Source of the DNA: Nemertoderma westbladi
Taxonomy: Eukaryota; Animalia; Xenacoelomorpha
DNA length: 39,321 nt
Assembly: GCA_032718475.1 (NCBI GenBank)
Contig: JAUCBJ010006265.1
Coordinates: 1-39,321, forward strand
Reading direction: 5' to 3'
Shown: positions 34,468 through 39,321 of the stretch, piece after piece
How the letters are laid out: each line of letters starts with the position of its first letter
Numbering within the stretch: position 1 is the stretch's first letter
Notes under the pieces: generated by a model
The model's input: only the letters and a program-made list of their open reading frames with translations
Told to the model about the DNA's origin: nothing
Database searches by the model: none
Position numbers and translations under genes: made by a program

Positions 34468-36779
34468 TCAAGTCGGATATTTACAAATGCTACAATATAC
34501 ATCAGAGCGACGATGATGTATATATCTAGAGTCTGTCGCCCCGTGATACGATGCATTACTGACCCGCTCCTGGGTTCTTCGGGCTCGCTCCTCTCTTTCG
34601 CCCCCTACCCAGATACACCAATCGTCCTCCGAACACCAATGAATGACGCTTCTAAACTCGCGCAATGATATCCGCTTATAAACAAGTTACCGTGTTCGAC
34701 TCAAGAACCAAATAATATTGTGTGACGCACGGGGTGGCGCGTAAATGTTCCAATACACTAATGCTTGCCGCTTGAAGTGGGATTTGAACTCCGCTCCCGG
34801 TGGCGTGTTATATTCACCATACGCTTCCTCATATTTCTTCTGCGTCTTCAACTTGAAGTCCCAATTATACAATAAATGTGCTATGAATCCCATACCAGTC
34901 TTGGCAGAGTTGGGATACTCCCTATAAATTCCAATGTCTTGTGCCCATAGCAACAATAGCTTGGTGTCGACAAACGGTCTCGGCAATCTATCTTCTAAAT
35001 CAGTCATGGCGTTGAAGTCACTCTCCAAATCGCTCTGGACTCCCGATCCCACCTTGACGTAATCTTGGCTAAGAATCGCCTCTCTAACCTTCTTGGGTAG
35101 CATCCTGGCATCGATACGCTCCGCTCCGTGCATACCTCCTCGCCTGCATACCTCCAAAATCTGTTCCCTAGGATCCTTCCCTTTCCGATATTGCGCCGTG
35201 ATTATGGGCTCCGGTCTCTCTCTATCCGCCCTTACGCGCATAAACACATGAGTCACACCATCAGCCACGCGAATTTGAATGCACTTACTAGTCAAGCATT
35301 CCTGTTGAGACCCTCCTTCATTGTCGTAAAACATCACTTTCCAATCTTGCAGTGATTCCTCCGTTTTCCTCCACTGACGCTGAATCTCATCGGATGGGGT
35401 CCACATGCGCTCGATAGCCTTGTGGTCGTCATATCGGGTGTAAGATCCCTTTCTCCTCAGCCACGCCCGGTCTACCTCCTCGTCATCTGGGAATGTAGCC
35501 ACTGCGACCCATACCTTAATGTACTTGTCTAACCATCCAAATAACTTACTCTCTTTTCCCGGAGCTCCAATCTTATCCAATGTGTCGTAGTCTGTGATCT
35601 GCATCGGGACATCACACCAAGAACTTCGCGCATAAAACTTCCCGTAGACAGTCGACGTTCCAAATGATCCAACATCCTCACCATCGGCAAGAATCTAATC
35701 GCTTCTCGCGACTCCAGGTGATCTACCAATATCGCAGGTTCGCTACCGTCGGAATAATACACCGGTCGGGGTTGAGATACGGCCTGTGGAACAAATCCGG
35801 TCACTCTCCTCGTCTCCTCTTGATGTCTATCCGCGGTCTTATTATATTCCGCTATCCGCGCTTCGAATAATTGTTTCGCTTTCGCCGCTCGCTCCTCCTG
35901 CCGCAATGCGTCTATGTCGTCCTGATGCTCAGGCGTGAGAGCTCTCACTCGATGAGGCGAAGTAAACGTAGTCCAGGGACTTGAGAGCTCCAAACCCGCA
36001 GGTTTGGTACCCGAGTCCCGTGCTGCTTCGCGCCGCACCTCTAGGTCCTTGTAGGCTCGGTACAGCGAAATGGCCGCTGCTGTCTCTATCAAACTGGGTG
36101 TCGAACAGGGTTTAATCTCCGTATACGGATCTAAAGTCGTAACGGTCGGCGTAATGGGTCTTGGAGGTTGCTTTCCACTGAAGTCGATACTGATCATCGG
36201 GTTGCTCATTGGGTAACCTCCCTCGTTATATCTAAGGAACTGATGAGCTTGACATCGCGTTAATATCGGTTCAGGATGATGCTCGTCCAATCGGTCGGGA
36301 ATTGCTACGTCTTGTTTGTTCATGCATTCACCACATTTGTAGAACAACTTGTATACACTGAAGACCTTCGACGTCTCTTGATCCTCGCCTCGAGTCCTCC
36401 GATACAGATGCATTCCGTCGAACTGATCTCGGACTGCAGGTAAAGGCTCTTTGTGTCGTAAATACATGTTCATATGGTACAGCTGCGCAATCTCCTCGTC
36501 CGGGTCTGCGCTAATGTCGCACACGTCTAACGCGAAATCGTAGGGATACCGAGTGCGATACTCTTTCCGCAAAACTTCCATACAGTCCCCCAACGCTCTC
36601 ATTCTTTCCCTCCTTAACTCTTTATCATAAGCGGGTTTATACTTCACATTTAGCTCCATCACCGACCTACCGTGGTAGTAAACATTCGAATCCTTACATC
36701 CCGGTCGGGCAAATGGCAGCTCCGCCTCCTCTCTGGCAGTAAATCCTCTCCGCGGTTGCGCTCAAATTTCCTTCTCCAT
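34468..36779 (-). pseudogene. Extra retrotransposon ORF (~770 codons) with C-terminal DEDDy 3'-5' exonuclease (WRN/EXD-like) domain
   Basis: ATG 36779 is in frame with 35529-36662 (one TGA). There is a frameshift near 35600, and 34687-35604 is in frame with 34468-34665 (one TAA). Motifs FYDNEG, CIQI, LPKKVREAILSQDYVKVGSGVQSDL, FVDTKLL, GMGFIAHLL...LK. Confidence 0.72.
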
Positions 36780-37537
36780 TATGCGCGTATATACATATAT
36801 ATATATCCCAATAAGGTTCCGTTACGTAACTAATTACACTGTGGGTAAATCAGTTAGATGTCGCCGAAGGACAGACCTCTTGAGCCCCCCCCCCGCCTTA
36901 CAGCAGTTCAGGTTCGACTCTCTAGATCCCGTCTCATTCCTAACTATTCTCTAACCTATTCCCATACATAGCGCAAAAACTTTGGAGGTAAACTGGCCAT
37001 GACCAACTCACTTTTTGATGCCCAAACTACTCCCATTACTTGTACTAAACTACAGTAGTTAGAAAGGACCATAATCTCAATGCTCGACTATACCAAACCC
37101 ACAGGTTTGATAATCGAACATCACACTTCACTGCAAACTACTGAGTGGGGTCCGTGTACGCCCTGGTGCTACTAACCTTTAGCACCTTAGTTGTACTGTT
37201 GGCACCAATCTGTGGAAGTTGCTAAACTCAATTTACACTCCTACGTAATATAGCCGTCACCATGGTTTCTAAATGCTATTTTCCAGGCTTCACGACTTTT
37301 CAAATTACTGTTTATCTATAGACGAATTCAGAATGCGTCTATACACAGTGTCTGGAATTGTCTTGGGTTCACTTCTAATTTTTTAAAAATTTCTAATTTT
37401 CCAAAAATTTTTTGAAAATAAAATTTTGTTTTGATACCCACCAGACAAAACTCAACGCAAATCACCACAAACCCGCTCCTATGCATTTCCTAGTATTTGC
37501 ATACGAGGAATGCATACGAAGTGAGTTGCGTCCAACA

Positions 37538-39319
37538 CTAATTTTGTTTTGAGGCAGGAGACAAATTACAATCTCCAGTCTCGATGCGTGTCTCCTCTAA
37601 TAACACGATATCTTGGACCGGTCGATCCAAGGTGTGTAAACCATTAGTTTTACACTTCTTTGGGTGCGGACACTTGCACCTAATTTTCACAGTGACTGTG
37701 CGCACTATGTTTTGCACGTCTGGGTGTATATGCAAGATGACTCCCGTCTCCCAATATTTTCTCTTGACAATCGGCTCGGTTATCAATACGTAATCTCCCC
37801 TTTGGAGACTCCGAACCGTTTTGTACCACTTTGTTCTGGTAGATATGGTGGGAAGATAGTATTCCCGCCAATATTCCCAGAATGTGTACGCGACTAATTG
37901 TGTTACTTTCCAGCTTTTTCGACTATATAGGTCGGCACTAATGGGTTCTGATGCCGGCACAAGAAATGCTGGACTCTGCATTAGCAAATGATTCGGCATT
38001 AATGCAACACCGTCTGGCAACATAGCTATCGGCCTCGAGTTCAGTGTATGCTCGATTTCGATGAAAGCTGTGACCAGCTCGTCGTCGGTAAGTTGTTTGT
38101 TTACAGGCAATGTCTTGGCAATGGCCTGCTTTACAGAGCGAACTAAACGCTCCCAACTTCCTCCTCTCCAAGGACTTTCTGGAGTATTGAATCTCCACTC
38201 TATTCTTTGCGGCAAAAGTGCTGCAGAAATTTATTTATTCTGTGCCGCTTTATGAGCCGCGTTCAACTCGCTATTCCCTCCGACAAAGTTTGTACCCTTA
38301 TCGGAGTAGAACGCCTTTACTAGTCCTCTCCTGGCCATAAATCTCTTCAAGGCCAGGAGCAGAGATTTGGTCGACATGTCTGCCACACGCTCGATATGTA
38401 TGGCTCTACTAGCCATACATGTCAGTAGCAGGCCCCATCGTTTGTGGGTCAGCCGTCCACTCTTTGCCTCAATCGGACCAAAACAATCCACCCCTGTGTT
38501 CGTAAAGGGTGGGTCATATGCCTGCACTCTCGCTTCCGGGAGTTCAGCCATCTCCTGTTCCAATACTCTGGCGTTCACCCTCTTGCAAACCAGACAGGCA
38601 TCGTACATAGTGCCGACTGCCCTGCTTGGCTGCAATAGAATGAATCGCTGTCTCGCTGCCGACAAACAGTGTAACTTTCCCGCGTGATGCAACCTCTTGT
38701 GTATATCCCATAGAATCGCTCTTTGCAATTCTATTGGGTGACTCGGGATTATCACAGGGAACCTGAACTGTGAGTCAACTGTAAACTGTCAACTGTTAAC
38801 TGTAACAGTCTGGATTCTCGATCTATGACAAATCAAACCCTTATGGATTAATGGACTCCATTTTCTAAGGGGTTTATAGAGAACTGGTCGTTGAGCCGAT
38901 GATAGATGGAATTCTTTTGGGAAGGCACACATTTGATAATGCTTCAAATGATTTAATTCCGCTTGATCAATCTCATCCTCTGTCAGAGGTTGTTTCAATT
39001 TCTGAATTCGCTCACTATTAGTGCTCAATTGTTCTCCTAAATGTTTCGAATGTTTTATACAAAGGTACGAAATGTATCGGCTTAACCACGCAGTTCTTTT
39101 ACAAATTGTCAGCCAAGAGGCAGACAAATTTATTAATTTGTCATAAATACTACATGGCTCTAATGCCAGCGATGGTTGTCTGCTAACTAATGGAAGTTTC
39201 GAATCCAAACCCGCAGGTTTGGAAACCAAAGGATCCATTGTGTCGGTCATTTTCTGTCCGTCACTTACCAACTGTGACTCTGGTTTAGTCTGTAAGGGTG
39301 GTTTTACGTCATAACTTAC
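37538..39319 (-). pseudogene. BEL/Pao pol C-terminus (integrase), two in-frame stops
   Basis: Three ORFs in one frame: HHCC finger (HKRLHHAG...CLVC), GVDCFGP, TCMASRAIHIE, SDKGTNFVGG, GGSWERLVRSVK, LNSRP, DUF5641-type tail. Confidence 0.95.
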
Positions 39320-39321
39320 CC

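Larger units (their letters stand above)
32156..39321 (-). mobile_element. Third BEL/Pao element, 3' half (integrase, extra ORF, PPT, 3' LTR); continues beyond the window
   Basis: BEL integrase upstream, PPT-like GGAGCGG abutting the LTR, and the LTR cuts a satellite monomer after CTTCTAACC. Confidence 0.92.

Noticed and set aside
34468-36779. env gene
   Set aside because: No signal peptide, transmembrane helix or fusion-protein cysteine pattern; exonuclease motifs are present instead.

Overview
A repeat-dense, probably heterochromatic region of an animal (likely invertebrate) genome. No host gene, RNA gene or CRISPR array was recognised. The backbone is a ~415-421 bp satellite (6252-9055, 29979-32155) invaded by BEL/Pao LTR retrotransposons. 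An outer BEL element (9056-29978, 5-bp TSD GTAAC) has lost pol and most of its 3' LTR. In their place is a terminus-less Polinton/Maverick core: integrase, two tandem penton-like genes, a core protein, major capsid protein, adenain-like protease, a TBP-like gene and the PolB C-terminus fused in frame to the BEL Gag. The Polinton integrase is split by a second BEL element (9953-16094, TSD CTATG). A third BEL element (32156 to the window end) carries an extra, decayed ~770-codon ORF between pol and its 3' LTR, with a WRN/EXD-like DEDDy 3'-5' exonuclease domain. Further BEL remnants lie at 2101-6251. The best leads are the exonuclease cargo, the Polinton TBP-like gene and the BEL/Polinton chimera. 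All protein assignments come from motif recognition by eye; no database search was run.
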